Shown here: positions 42,501-52,801 of the stretch, in pieces | Numbering within the stretch: position 1 is the stretch's first letter | How the letters are laid out: each line of letters opens with the position of its first letter | Assembly (NCBI RefSeq): GCF_964355755.1 | Contig: NC_092675.1 | Location: 31,607,112-31,671,111 of the forward strand | Direction: 5' to 3' | Source of the DNA: Antedon mediterranea | Taxonomy: Eukaryota > Animalia > Echinodermata | Length of the DNA stretch: 64,000 nt | Made by a program: the position numbers and the translations under genes | Notes under the pieces: model-generated | The model's database searches: none | The model's input: only the letters and a program-made list of their open reading frames with translations | What the model was told of the DNA's origin: nothing

Positions 42501-45500
42501 ACGCCGTGGCAGTGAACGTGTTAATGTGACATGTATAATATATCTATTAAATCAAGTCTTATTTAGTATGTATACATCCGCCCTTATGAGGGCGGGCATC
42601 ACTCACTGGCGCTCTCTGTTACAAATATCATTCTTGTGATATATATTCTTTGCTTGAACTTGAATATTTTTGCAAGTCATTAAAAATGTTTTCCAGCAAA
42701 AAAACGGCCCTCTATAGTTCTATCATATATAGTATATATAATAGTATTTCTATCATATATAGTATATATAATAGTATTTCTATCATATATAGTATATATA
42801 ATAGTATTTCTATCATATATAGTATATATAATAGTATTTCTATCTTGGAAAGTTGTTTTGAGTAGCGTAATGGCGGCCATTTTGAAAGTAACCAAAATTT
42901 ACCAGCCCCAATATAGGGCAACATCGTGTTTATCACAACACGCAAAAAAAGTTAGTTTTTGTACTATAGTGAATTTTTGGAAAATGTCATTATTTTCACG
43001 ATTTTTCACAAAAACTTTGATTTGTGCATAATTTTTATAATACAATAACAATAATTTTTTTTTATATTTTTATTTTTTATACGTATCTTTATCAATATCC
43101 AGTTGGAAAAATGTATTCTTCCATAAGAATTTCTTATAGAAAATATAGTTTTTATCATTGATTCGATAAAAAACACGAAATCTAAAATACCTGTAATGAC
43201 GTCACATGACGTCATCAATATGCAAATTACTTTTTTTTTATACCTAACTGTAGACTAGCCTTTGCCGATCACACACCACAAAAATAATTATACAATTATC
43301 TCAATTACTATTTTTTTGCAATTTATTAAATATCATATGTTTTTCTTAAATATATATTACGCACAGAGGTGGGAATAATGCTCCGCAGTGAAAGGGTTAA
43401 GATTAAATAAAAATACTTTTGAAATAAAAAAGTTATGAATTTAACTTTCAAAATGTACTTATAACAGCCAGAAACTTCAAATCAAATTTAAAATGATTTT
43501 ATAGGACTCATCTTCTGATATAAGACAAGGCCTTCATCAACTTTTATATACTGTTAGTTTTGCAACCAAGATGTGTCTTCATTTAACACTACAATTTTTG
43601 CTAAAGAATCTCAATAAATACCCACAAGACCGAATATCTATTTGGAAGTAAGTAAAACCACTTGAGAATGTACCTCAGAATTGTTGTACAGCAGTAAATA
43701 GATATGATAGGTGCTTCATGTTGTTTTGTTATTAGGCTTTAAAGTAGTTTTACTAGAGATTCACCCATAATGTCATTATTATTATTATGATCTATTATCA
43801 CGATAAAGAGTAACCATCAGCAAGATCTATTTGTTGCACTTGGGCCAATAAGATTGGGTGCAATACTAAATAGATATGATAGGTGCTTCATGTTGTTATT
43901 AGGCTTTACAGTAGTTTTACTAGAGATTCACCCATAATGTCATTATTATTATTATGATCTATTATCACGATAAAGAGTAACCGTCAGCAAGATCCATTTG
44001 TTGCACTTGGGCCAATAAGATTGGGTGCAATACTAAATAGATATGATAGGTGCTTCATGTTGTTATTAGGCTTTAGAGTAGTTTTACTAGAGATTCACCC
44101 ATAATGTCATTATTATTATTATGATCTATTATCACGATAAAGAGTAACCGTCAGCATGATCTATTTGTTGCACTTGGGCCAATAAGATTGGGTGCAATAC
44201 TAAATACAATGCTGGTTGGTGGATTCTATAATTAATAACTCATGCTTAACTTGGTTAAACACGTTTCTCCAGCATGCTCCACTGGATCATGTTTGGGTGA
44301 TCACGTTATTTGATAACTTTACGTTTGAGAACAGATAAATGGTGAACCTACTGTGTTTGTATTTGTATACAAATTATTTTACTTATTCATATATTCCTTA
44401 TAGATGTTCAAAGGCACTTGGTGAAAATCACTCTAACCTGGCTTTGACTCTTGTACCAGAACTTTTAGGAACACATGCATATTTTGCTATTCCTGAGCCA
44501 GATATGGATGATCCTGGTTGTATCCTTAAATGAAAAACTTCCCAAAAGAAGTTGATGCCAATTAAAGTTTTTTTTTAAATGACATGATGACATTATATAT
44601 TGCAGTTTGATTGATGTTTTGATTTATTATGGCAAAAAAGCATAGTGTGGCTTTGTATTAAATAAACTTAATAAAATTAAAGAGGCAGCATGTAACATTA
44701 ACCAGAAAATATTTATAAATATTTAGTTTCATCCCTTATACTGTACAAAGATATCTGTGTGATGATTTTGATTTTCAACTCTGCAGTAACACAACCTACA
44801 ATGACAACATTGTTACCAGAATATACAAAGAGACATTATGCATACTTGAGGGATAGTCTTCCACATCTTGTGCCACTTGTAAGAGTAAGTATGACATCAT
44901 TGTGATCAATTCTTCTGTATACAGTATTTTGTTTATTGAGTTTGCAAGGCAAGATTTCTTATTTTGCAGCATTTTCAGGTGGTGTCTTCAGCACAAACAC
45001 ATACTTTAGTTCGTGCTAACTGCAGTCCTCAAGAATTTTTACAGCAAGCACTTGAGAAACTTGAACAAGTTGGTCGTCTAGATATGGACTCTGGAATTAA
45101 ACTCATGGAAACAACAATTAGGTAAGATGTAGTAATAATTACATGTTGTAACATACACACAGCTCTACCTATAAATCCTGCATGGCTCATTTACTGTACT
45201 GGCAACAACATTCATCACCCTAATTTATTCTATTAAACCAGACAGCATCTATTAAAAAAAAAAAAAATCATTTAATTATATTGGATAATTATACTTCTAG
45301 TGTAAACAACCTCATATAAATTATGTTCGTTTTCGTCTTTTAGAGATCTGAGACGTGTTGTTAAACTTGAGGAAAACTTGGTAGCCTCAGCTGATTTTTA
45401 CTCGCTCTACTTACAGTGTCAATTGTTACTTACAAAGGTATCCCATGAATCTGTTATTATATTTTGACACTTTGTACTAATTTTCTGTTTATGATATTAT

Positions 45501-48500
45501 GTTGTTATTCTATTACTTTTCAACACATCATAACTGATGCCAAATATGGCTTGAAATACAGTATTGCTGTATGTTGTACAGACTATAAGTCAGTTCTCAC
45601 GTATGGTGTAAGCCATGGCATACGCCTTGCGTAATGCAACTCACTATCAACCGAATCATGTTGTATAGACTATGAGTCTGTTCTCACGTATGGTGTAAGC
45701 CATGGCATACGCCTTGCGTAATGCAACTCACTATCAACTGAATCATGTTGTATAGACTATGAGTCAGTTCTCACGTATGGTTTAAGCCATGGCATACGCC
45801 TTGCGTAATGCAACTCACTATCAACTGAATCATGTTGTATAGACTATGAGTCTGTTCTCACGTATGGTGTAAGCCATGGCATACGCCTTCCGTAATGCAA
45901 CTCAATATCAACTGAATCATGTTGTATAGACTATGAGTCAGTTCTCACATATGGTGTAAGCTATGGCGTATGCCTTGCGTAATGCAACTCACTATCAACT
46001 GAATCATGTTGTACAGGCTATGAGTCTGTTCTCACGTATGGTGTAAGCCATGGCGTACGCCTTGCGTAATGCAAATCACTATCAGATGAATCATGTTGTA
46101 CAGGCTATGAGCCTGTTCACATGTATGGTGTAAGCCTTGCGTATGCGTATGCCTACCCCATCTTAAATAATGCCACAGAGCTAACTCCAGCAAGCTATTC
46201 AGCTGCTCTTCGATCTGAAAGCGTATGAATTGTTTAGGGTGAAATAAAAGTAAATAATGGTGTTTTTTAGGAAGTAATTAAATTCCAAATCAAGCGCTGA
46301 CTGTAATTATTTAAAAAAAATACGACGTTCATTAAGAAAGTGTAAAATCTAAAAAGGGACCATGGGTTAGTACTTTTAAAACATAAAGGATACTTTGACT
46401 TCTGTGTTTAACGCCATTCCTTAATATAACGAACGGCATACGTGTAAACCCCTGGGCATTTTAATCTGTGGATTACCTTACCACTTACATAAAATCGCTA
46501 AATCCATTGGTATCATCTACAAGGTAAAACACTTTTTTCCTAAACATATTCTTTTAAATTTGTACAATGCGTTTAGCCTACCACACCTCTATTACTGCAA
46601 TATAATATGGGGATATAAATATCCAAGAAACTTAGAAAAAATACATAAATTACAAAAACGTATAGCTAGAATGATTACAAACTCACCGATGAGAACAGCC
46701 TCCAAACCACTATTACAAAGTTTAAAAATGTTAAATATAATATACTATATATATAAAATTCAAATTGCATGCTTTATGTTCAAATATCATCTCCAAGAAC
46801 TTCCCATCCCTATAAACAACTTGATTCATTTAACCCTAAAACTGATCGCTTAAAGACATTAAGAAACGCAAATAAGATATACATTCCACACAGTAGACTA
46901 GAAATAAATAAAAGATCAATTTTCATTGAAGGACCATCTTACTGGAATAAACTCCAGTCTACTCTTGAACAAAATCACATGACCTCGCTCCCTATATTAA
47001 AGTACAATATTAAAAAGATGATATTTGAAACATATTGCTAGCTACTATTGCTACTGCACAATGAAGTTGTAAATATTGTTATGTAATGCGTCCGTCTATG
47101 TTTTATGTTTAGACTACAAAGACAAGCCACTTTGGCTTCTGTGTATCTAACCCATAAAACTGTTAAATGTTGAATAAATGTTGTTATTAGTAACAAAAAA
47201 CTTGTGTAAGCCACGCCAGTCTTACACACGTGTGGAAGATAAACGGGCAGTTTATTAACCTCAAATGAATAATTTTTTACAGGCTATGAAAGATAAACAG
47301 TGGTCTGTTCCAGCTCCACTTTGTCCTCAACATAATCTAACAATATCTGCTATTACAAAAAAGGTATTACTGTATAATTTTCATCATATTTCATTCATAT
47401 TTAAAAAGAATCTCCTGCATAATATATTGTTTGAAGGTTTGCATGGTGAAATCAAGTTTGCTGTACACCACGTTCTAAAAAAAACTGTTATGTTTCTCTC
47501 AACAGTTCTTTTCAGAACTACATATGTGAACCTTTATATCAATATAACTCCTGCTTAAACAATTATTTGATGATGGGTTTGTTTTAATTTTAACAAAGGT
47601 GATTGAGTTATCATATCAACTAGAACACCTGTTTGTTGGTTGTAGTGCTCAAGATCTAGCATCTGTGTATCAATTGCGACTTAGAGCAATAACTTTACAA
47701 CTTTTGGTACAACTACGAGGACGCTCAGTATCTGGTTTATTCAGTAAAAGTAATATAAACCAACAATGTGAAAATTATCTTTTAAAATTGAGTACTTTAC
47801 AAAGGTGAGTATTAAAGGCACATATTAGTTATTAACTAAACACCAGCATTTATAAAACTTTTATAAGAATAGAATTTGGATTTCATTAAAGATGTTTTGT
47901 CCACCTGAAAAAAATATTCTTAAACATTTTTGATGTAATTAATCTTCATTTTCATGTTTGTGAACATCTTGAAAGTCAAGTCTTGAAAAAACATAAGATG
48001 AAGAAAATTGCTTTTTATTCAGGAAACCAATCGCTATAGTATTAAATAATCATAAATTTAAGGGTCAAAAATTTGTGTCCAGTTATTAAATATATTTTAT
48101 TAGAATTATTTTTGTTTTCTTTGTTAAACATGGTTGGCACAGAGAATCATGCTAATAATGTTTTATTTTTATTTCTGTTCAATACAATCTGTTTACTGAT
48201 ATGATACCACAAACTTACTAAAGTTGTAAAACTAAAATATATAAATATGTTTTACTAGATGAAAATCAACTGTATTTTAAGCTTTTTTAAAAAAACTTAT
48301 GAAGCCATTCCGCAGCCCTTCAAAAACTACTAGTGATAGACCCTCTTAAAGTATACAGTATCCCCTTTTTGTTTTTGCAGGTATTTTGCGGCAAACAATC
48401 TTCAACCTCATAGTTTTACACAAGCCCTGTTTTCTGAAATGCATAAGTTTGAGGCCAGCAAGCCTGGAATTTTAGCCAAGTTCCTGCAGCCACTATTGTT

Positions 48501-50325
48501 TCACCACAGAGTACCATGTTTAATATTAGACAACAAAGTGAAGCAAGCTTGTGCAGAGATATTTGAACCAGTGGGTGGATCTGATAATCCATTACGATTT
48601 ACAGCTGGCTTAGCATTAGCACTAAATGTAGACTGTATACTAGACAATGTTGAGTATGTCCAGTCCATTCAAATACAGGTACTATTTTTAATATTTGTTA
48701 AAATAAACATAATTCATTTTAAAAACAGACGAGGCAAAAATGTTTTAAAATTAAATATACAAGCTGTGCCGGGGATGGGGGTAGTGAATGGCTACCAGGG
48801 GCGGATCCAGGATTGTTTTTGCGGGGGGGGGGCACACGCGATCGTAGAGAGAAAATACACTGGGGGAAGCCCAGAAAAAAAATGCATTTTATGGTGTTCG
48901 AGATCACTAACGCACTCTGATTCGATCATCTGTAAAGGGTCTTGCACACCTGTTCACAGTTCTTGTTCCAAACTTCAGGGTGGCGAAAGTATTTTTCCCA
49001 AAGACTTTCTCTGAAAATCCGAGAGAGGGCGTCTTATTTCGTCCCATTTTAGGGGAGCATTATTATGAATATGCATCTCTCTGCTGCGCCCGCCTTCTGA
49101 ATGAACATTTTTAATACGCTGCGCTTTCCGAATGAATTGCCGATTCTTACAAAGGAAGGATATCGCCTTGTTGTAACTACGTATACGCCTTTTTCACGAA
49201 ACGGAAGACATCTTCCATCGATGACAAACAATGCCGTGCAACGAAGCCTAACCAACAGAAATAACATAACATTTTCAGGGGATTTCAGGACACCTTGTTA
49301 ATTAAAAAATCGTAACTCTTCAACGGAGGATCGTATGAGAAAAAAAATTACTGTAAAATGTTCTTAAAAGATTTGCCTACATCACTGTGTGAATTTGAAA
49401 ATTGTTTTTCACTGCTTAAAATCCATCCAAAAAAACACCACAGTGTATAAGCATAGGCTGAAAATGCTATGTTATTTCTGTTGGTTACGCTTTGTTGCAC
49501 GGCATTGTTTGTCATCGATCGAAGATGTCTTCCGTTTCGTGAAAAAGTGGTCCCTGATATCGACGCCCGCCAACTTCTAAATATAGAAGAATTGTAATTT
49601 TAATTAATTCGTACAAAGGGACACCGCCAGGGTAGTGCGTAACAACTTAACTGTACACGCTTTGGCCCTTGTAACTTGATACAGTCTAGATATCGACGTG
49701 GCACCCCCTTAAATCCACGCCTGGGCTACAGCCCTGATATTATATAATCATCATTTCTGATAATATGATTAATAATTTGAATTTGTTGTTCCTTCAGGTA
49801 AAATTTCCAGATACTCAGACCCAATTGTTTACACCAAGAATATCAGATTTCAGACACTTAAATGCTCTTCGACACCATCTTGTAACTCAAGTTTATCTGT
49901 CACATTCCCTCTGGTCAGGTGAGTTTTAAATAAATAACTTTTTCCTACTTTGTCACATTTATGAAGTGGTCTCAGATGGGAGTTGTACAATGTACTAAGA
50001 ATTAGTCGGTACAATTATCTCTGAACAGGGCAAACCATCTGACTTTTATTGTAATTTATGCAAAGCTCCTTCATACAGTAGTTTAAAATTATCGTCTTTA
50101 TTTAAGAGCATGTATAAACAATTAACAGGAAAGTACCTGTTCAGATAATTTTTTTTCTTTGTTATAGATCCATGTCAGGTTGAAATCTGTATTGTACTTG
50201 GCTACACAATGGATGGCTCAAAAGGTCCTTTAGCACCTCAATTTGGTAACAGTGATAAACAATGTGCACTACAACTATGTAAACCTGTTAAGGTATATAT
50301 TATGCCTAGAGCAACTAAAAAATAA
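30506..50325 (+). CDS. INTS4: Integrator complex subunit 4 (~955 aa)
   Basis: Exons 30506-30562, 32221-32374, 32763-32918, 33066-33172, 33604-33780, 34378-34710, 34875-35049, 35403-35608, 43505-43647, 44404-44519, 44751-44884, 44970-45121, 45344-45437, 47283-47363, 47599-47804, 48381-48678, 49798-49918, 50168-50325 (2868 nt, frame consistent). Peptides [50 protein letters not shown] and [10 protein letters not shown]. Confidence 0.93.
31229..31443. mobile_element. Palindromic MITE in INTS4 intron 1
   Basis: TGGGTGTCTCGAAAACAGAGACC TIRs with TAATTGAT(T) duplicated on both sides. Confidence 0.8.
31623..31817. repeat. Minisatellite, ~66 bp x 3
   Basis: Each unit contains the hairpin CTGGGTAGTA-tctgctt-TACTACCCAG. 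Confidence 0.85.
34093..34132 (-). ncRNA. Minimal hammerhead ribozyme motif (Penelope-like element relic)
   Basis: The minus strand reads ctc-CUGAGGA-CGAUCAA-aguaua-UUGAUCG-AAAC-GUC-gag: conserved core, 7-bp stem II, palindromic ACGU in place of stem III, and ctc/gag stem I. Confidence 0.65.
36756..38348 (+). CDS. DIRS Gag-like protein (first in-frame ATG at 37071)
   Basis: Long ORF upstream of pol with a Pro-rich N-part, ARRVNVL..DLFFG motif and a basic Arg/Gly-rich tail. The true start is uncertain. Confidence 0.8.
   Translation: MASCQELKFSVVSRYPECFTWIEILEDLLLFVRLVGRSRSVRSPCLSRSVLNVGVPALPCVRWTPSKFKSLPKPKERTEAVPPPEVGTADTAGPPAVAPEVSLPDMPAPAAASAVPGVNEISPGLLQAIVAAVRALPRDEPEVPSQIRPPPQIPYIDVGPQQTSFFDGSSVRQRDYDSDRTMASLSDDDRDSLREQAGPGEEGLQALVMRTVPAVLSFLGVDFTYREPKHTPSSKRVSTFGVRTPFKKVSSCPVTPLDPELVERVELIAKESKIRRPMPYSLSSAFPVPQKQFELYIAAPSVPEAAKERVREDQNLDPSRTNFLKPSESRTEDVLTSVDRAARETLRAASMAGYLLSFLADPEHPPQGDSDVIALLQQIMGLVVDQQATISLSAAAARRVNVLGATDIAPTDFRRFTTSDSFGAQDLFFGSFSQKEDKWAREREARRETRARFPQKRRASNSRSRTAARPPPVPAAPQQMQPPPPPPAQPMQSQASTSRQASHPPRGMRNRGGKGATNRSGRRYYNVKRR
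38389..40371 (+). CDS. DIRS Pol: reverse transcriptase, RNase H and adenine-methyltransferase-like domain
   Basis: [79 protein letters not shown] and YAFPP; uninterrupted. Confidence 0.95.
   Translation: MGGRLKRFSRVWETLTTDRWVLSTVTHGYRIEFSSPPVSGGARHTRIPSEPEKSQALMTGLEALLQKGAVVHVQKEQLTIPGHESTVFLAQKKSGDWRPILNLKSLNKRYIRPRRFRMETVSSILLGLRRGDWAATIDLKDAYFHVPIAQEHQSWLRFRIHDQVYQFVALPFGLSTAPRVFTRLVRTLAAFFHQHGIRVFMYLDDWLIVAQSRDQLLSSLSFVRLVTEQAGFIINEEKSCLLPSQNPLYLGAQINLVTGRACPSIERVAKARTAVLHLINAQAPTAYDWLRTLGSLASFVALVPFCRLRMRPLHLHLLAAYRPRSDSLHKVVPTNAFIISHLEWWLVEDRLLVGTPIQRSIPDVRVETDASEVGWGGHIPSPDIRVSGLWSPEETRAHINLLELWAVERSLEALLPHLANRHVLVNSDNTTVVAYINRQGGTRSPTLCCHTWTLLMWCIRHNIQLSAAHIAGRLNIVADALSRPLLRPTEWRLLPIIATQIFNHFGRPHVDLFATSGNTQLPTFCSRYRDAHAWAVDALSIPWDNLWAYAFPPISILPLVLTHIQRHQCQVLLIAPYWPRQPWFPLLLGLLYDQPLRLPIRNDLLTQGRARFALPNLISLDLTVWPLSGIVSETQAFQMVRPPSRRNPDGNPLLLSTIAD
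38421..41288 (+). CDS. DIRS tyrosine recombinase (domain ~40270-41288) with a long N-terminal extension overlapping pol
   Basis: Candidate catalytic R (KRRGEL), [12 protein letters not shown] and WWRS..TFTSHY. The frame is open across all of pol. Confidence 0.9.
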   Translation: MGDPDHRQMGSLHRDTRVSYRILEPSGERRCPAHEDSVRAGKESSAHDGPRSTAPERSCGACSEGTTYDPGTRIHRFPRPEKIGRLATHPKPQKSEQAVHPAPQVQDGDCLIYPVGAKTRGLGSHNRLERRVLSRAYCARAPELAALPHSRSGIPIRSSAVRPLNGPTSVYSSSENPGGVLSSTRHQSVHVLRRLVDRGPVQGPAAEQLIFCPPRDGTSRVHNKRGEVMSSPFSEPSVSRSPNKFGYGPCVPIHRACGQGKNCSATSYQCSGSDGVRLATHLGVTGQLRRPRSVLPVKDAASTSAPSGSIPPKIRLSTQSGSNECVHYLASRMVARGRQVTCGHTYTKVNSGCPCGNGRIRSRLGRSHTVSGHSRLRPLVARGDARPHQPARTLGSRALVGGSSSPSGKSPCSRQFRQHNRRGIHKQARGYTVPHAMLPHVDVANVVYKTQHPTVSGPHCGSSEHSGGRTVPSTSTSYGMASSSNNRHPDLQPLWAAPCRSVCDVRQHAAPDVLQPISGCTCVGGGCPVHTMGQPLGICLSTDFNTATGPDAHSAPSMPSPTNSAVLAQAAVVSTASRPSVRSAVTSSDSERLADAGPSSVCSTEPHIPRPDCMAIVRDRFRDSGIPDGPAALAAKSRRESTLAVYNSRLKHFFEWCKRQKTDPMKVTLGQVCAFLHYLFESGLQVRTVSGYRSALAAVIPNFKDGSTISSSPAISSLLRGMFRERPPTKALIPRWDVNVVLAALMRPPFEPLSRASLYNLTLKTAFLIALASCKRRGELHALSLEPGHIRFERGGARLVFRKDFLAKSQTLNFSPPTVFIPTIAAYSGVEEDRLWCPVRALKFYIKRTESIRVSASHLFVSTVAPFRPAARSTLANWVVAAIRAGYDSTNTPPPAHMHQVRGIAASWALFAGVPLPDILQAAWWRSQSTFTSHYLSDTSANQSTVAASILKPRH
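41352..41449 (+). other. DIRS internal complementary region (ICR)
   Basis: Reverse complement of the left terminus (…GGCACGATATAGACTA) joined directly to the reverse complement of the right terminus (CACAAACCAACAGTGG…). Confidence 0.9.
41916..42520. mobile_element. piggyBac-like MITE
   Basis: TTAA-CACATTGACTGCCA...TGGCAGTGAACGTG-TTAA. The paralogous MITE has a single TTAA at this position (~24108). Confidence 0.85.
42712..42845. repeat. 30-bp tandem repeat x ~4
   Basis: TCTATCATATATAGTATATATAATAGTATT repeated. Confidence 0.9.
43695..44205. repeat. ~170-bp tandem repeat x 3
   Basis: TAAATAGATATGATAGG at 43695, 43867 and 44034. Confidence 0.9.
44520..44750 (+). other. U12-type (minor spliceosome) GT-AG intron of INTS4
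   Basis: 5' site GTATCCTT and branch-like TCCCTTATAC (~44732-44741) about 9 nt before the AG, with no long polypyrimidine tract. Splicing restores [14 protein letters not shown]. Confidence 0.85.
45573..46150. repeat. 87-bp tandem repeat x ~6.5
   Basis: GTTGTATAGACTATGAGTC.GTTCTCACGTATGG recurs at 45573, 45660, 45747 and onward. Confidence 0.9.
46480..47200 (+). mobile_element. LINE (CR1/L2-group) 3' fragment
   Basis: [18 protein letters not shown]...[11 protein letters not shown]...GPSYWNKL, frameshifted. Confidence 0.75.
48797..49723. mobile_element. Probable nested MITEs in INTS4 intron 16
   Basis: CAGGGGCGGATCCAGG ... TTAAATCCACGCCTG imperfect inverted ends with GGCTAC on both flanks; internal boundaries unclear. 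Confidence 0.45.
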
Positions 50326-51428
50326 AGATTATTGAATTTCTATATAAACATTGAAAATCTTCATTCATCAGTGGAAAATTACTTTTATCTATTGTCATTT
50401 GCATATAAAATATACATAGAAATTATGTTTGCTCTGAGATATAAATGAAAAAGTAACAAAAATAATTATCAGTGTTACGTATAGTGTCACAAGACTCTTG
50501 TGATTTACTGTATACTGACAAGCATTTAGTGCCCGAATGGCAGCTGGATAAAAGCTGTTACGAAACATATTTGCACGAGAGATGATGGACCGGTAACGTC
50601 TACCGCTTACACCTCACATACATTATGCATGGAAGGAGTAGAATCTTGCAATATAGAATGTGTTGTCTTTCTATAGAGTGTGTTTTCTTTCTATATAAAA
50701 TGAAAGGTTATATTTTCAAATATAAAACATTTTATATTATTTGTTCTATTGCATGAATAAAAACGGTCATTATTTGTTTTACAAAACACCTACTTTTAAT
50801 GAGAGGCTAGGCCAAAGTCTAAGCCATTCGAGAAAACAGCACTCCAATTTTGGATGCGGAGTAGAACAATTTTGACGGCGCACACTACAGGTTGATTGAT
50901 CATGATGATCTGATGATCAGTCAACAGCAGCATAGCCTCATCATGGAGCTATAAATAGCATTATGTCATGTGTTTGTTGCTCACTTACTGAGTATAACAA
51001 GAATTAACATGCAAAACAAAATTCCAGTACTCGATAATATAACAACATTTCACTCGATGACATAAGTTAAGAGTTCAATAGAAAATTTAAAATTTATTGA
51101 ATGTTATGTGACCCGCAATCAAATGACAAGAATCTACTTGGTGTTATAATACGGTACTAACTTATGAATTCCATCTCTGTAATTTACAGTGTTGTTCAGT
51201 AGGTACAATTAACATTTAGGTAGTTTTGCCTCATTTAGTTGTCCATTTATGATATGTTTGTGAAGACGAACTACAGTAGTTATGATATTATTAAGGTGTA
51301 TTGTATTTTACAAGTTCATTGTGCGATATGGTTATAATGAATAATGTTAAAAAAAAACCTGTAGGATATTTTTGATGTATACTATATGTACATAATTATC
51401 CTGTCATTATATATATATTCCTTCACTT

Positions 51429-51465
51429 GCACTGATGAAGGGCTAGTGTTGCCCGAAAGCTCTGC
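51429..51465 (+). ncRNA. Minimal hammerhead ribozyme motif, copy 1 (Penelope-like)
   Basis: gca-CUGAUGA-a-GGGC-uaguguu-GCCC-GAAA-GCUC-ugc. Confidence 0.65.
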
Positions 51466-51677
51466 TAACTTTTCTGGCAGTTTTACTTCTCGTTTTGATT
51501 TAGCTTTTCGCTTTTTATTTTTGTATCTCCATTGAGATCCAGCCACTGATACCCACAGCATTGTCATTTTTTTCAGTAATTTGCCTTTGGATTTATATAT
51601 TTATATATATATATATATAAATCCAAAGGCAAATTACTGAAAAAAATGACAATTCTGTATATATATATATAGCCCTT

Positions 51678-51714
51678 GCACTGATGAAGGGCTAGTGTTG
51701 CCCGAAAGCTCTGC
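51678..51714 (+). ncRNA. Minimal hammerhead ribozyme motif, copy 2 (Penelope-like)
   Basis: Identical to copy 1, 249 bp downstream, inside a ~125-bp direct repeat. Confidence 0.65.
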
Positions 51715-52801
51715 TAACTTTTCTAGCTGTTTAATTTATCGTTTTTATTTAGCTTTTCGCTTTTTTTTTGTATCTCCATTGCAATCCAGCCACTGATACA
51801 TATATAATTATCCAGAGTTGTACTCTTTAGCAATACATTACTTTTTACATTTCATATTTTGGCTTTGGGTTTTTGTCTAATTTTTCATAGTGACTAGACT
51901 CGGACATTTTTTGTATACATGCCACTGAATAGAAACTGTATATACTTTAAAATTCAAAATCCTGTAATATTTAAGAATTGAAAGGCATATTATTATAATT
52001 AAAATGGTATAGTGATTGATCTTTGGCTTGGTAAATGTTTGTCATCAATGCACAAATACAAAGGCTAGCAAGAACTGTCAATAGTACCATTGTGAGATGT
52101 TTGTAATGCTTGAGCACACACTTATTCATTCTCACCACGCCTAAGTAGACATAAATACCTTCTAAATGATACAGTGGGTATTCGATAGTCGGTTTGATGA
52201 GGAAAGACCAGCAAAAATAACAAGTAAGTACCGTCTTGTATGTTTTCAATGTTGATATACCTGTAATAAAATCTATACAATATTATGTAGATGCCTGCCA
52301 CAAAGTGTGGAAGGTGTCAGAATGCATGAAGATAGTACGGTATACAGTACAGTGGAAGATAAGAGCGCTTCTTACTCTATATACAAGAAATTAATACATT
52401 ACTATGTTTATAAATATATATAAATCTTGTGAGGCAAGCCATTATAATTCTATATTAATCAAATAAAACGTCTCAAGTTGAATCAAACGTGATGGTGGAG
52501 GTAGAGCCTCCAAAGGCGCCGATTGGGTGTAGTAGGGCAGTGGGGGGATTTATGGCAACCTTAAATAACGGTAAAGAGAGAAGGAAATAGAATTGTCATT
52601 GAAATTTATCAAGTTGTCTGTTAAATATACAATTAAATTTTATTTCAGCAGTTGCACAAAATGTCTGCACACATTAAACAAAATTGTTAATTATCTTTCT
52701 GATCCAAAATTGACTAAAATGTGGGCAAATTAGTTATAATATAATATACAAGGTTTACAAAATATTTATGCTAGTGATTTTTATTTTGTAGGACTACAAT
52801 T

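Larger units (their letters stand above)
35949..42652. mobile_element. P-element-like MITE interrupted by DIRS and a second MITE
   Basis: Same family as 23958-24795 in the opposite orientation, with 7-bp TSD CTTGAAC (35942-35948, 42653-42659). Confidence 0.85.
35805..43396. mobile_element. piggyBac-like non-autonomous element (outer layer of the INTS4 intron 8 nest)
   Basis: TTAA-CACTTTCACTGCG ... CGCAGTGAAAGGG-TTAA. Confidence 0.75.

Noticed and set aside
45438-45447. Donor GTATCCCATG as a second U12 intron
   Set aside because: Deviates from GTATCCTT and there is no U12 branch site near the acceptor at 47282.
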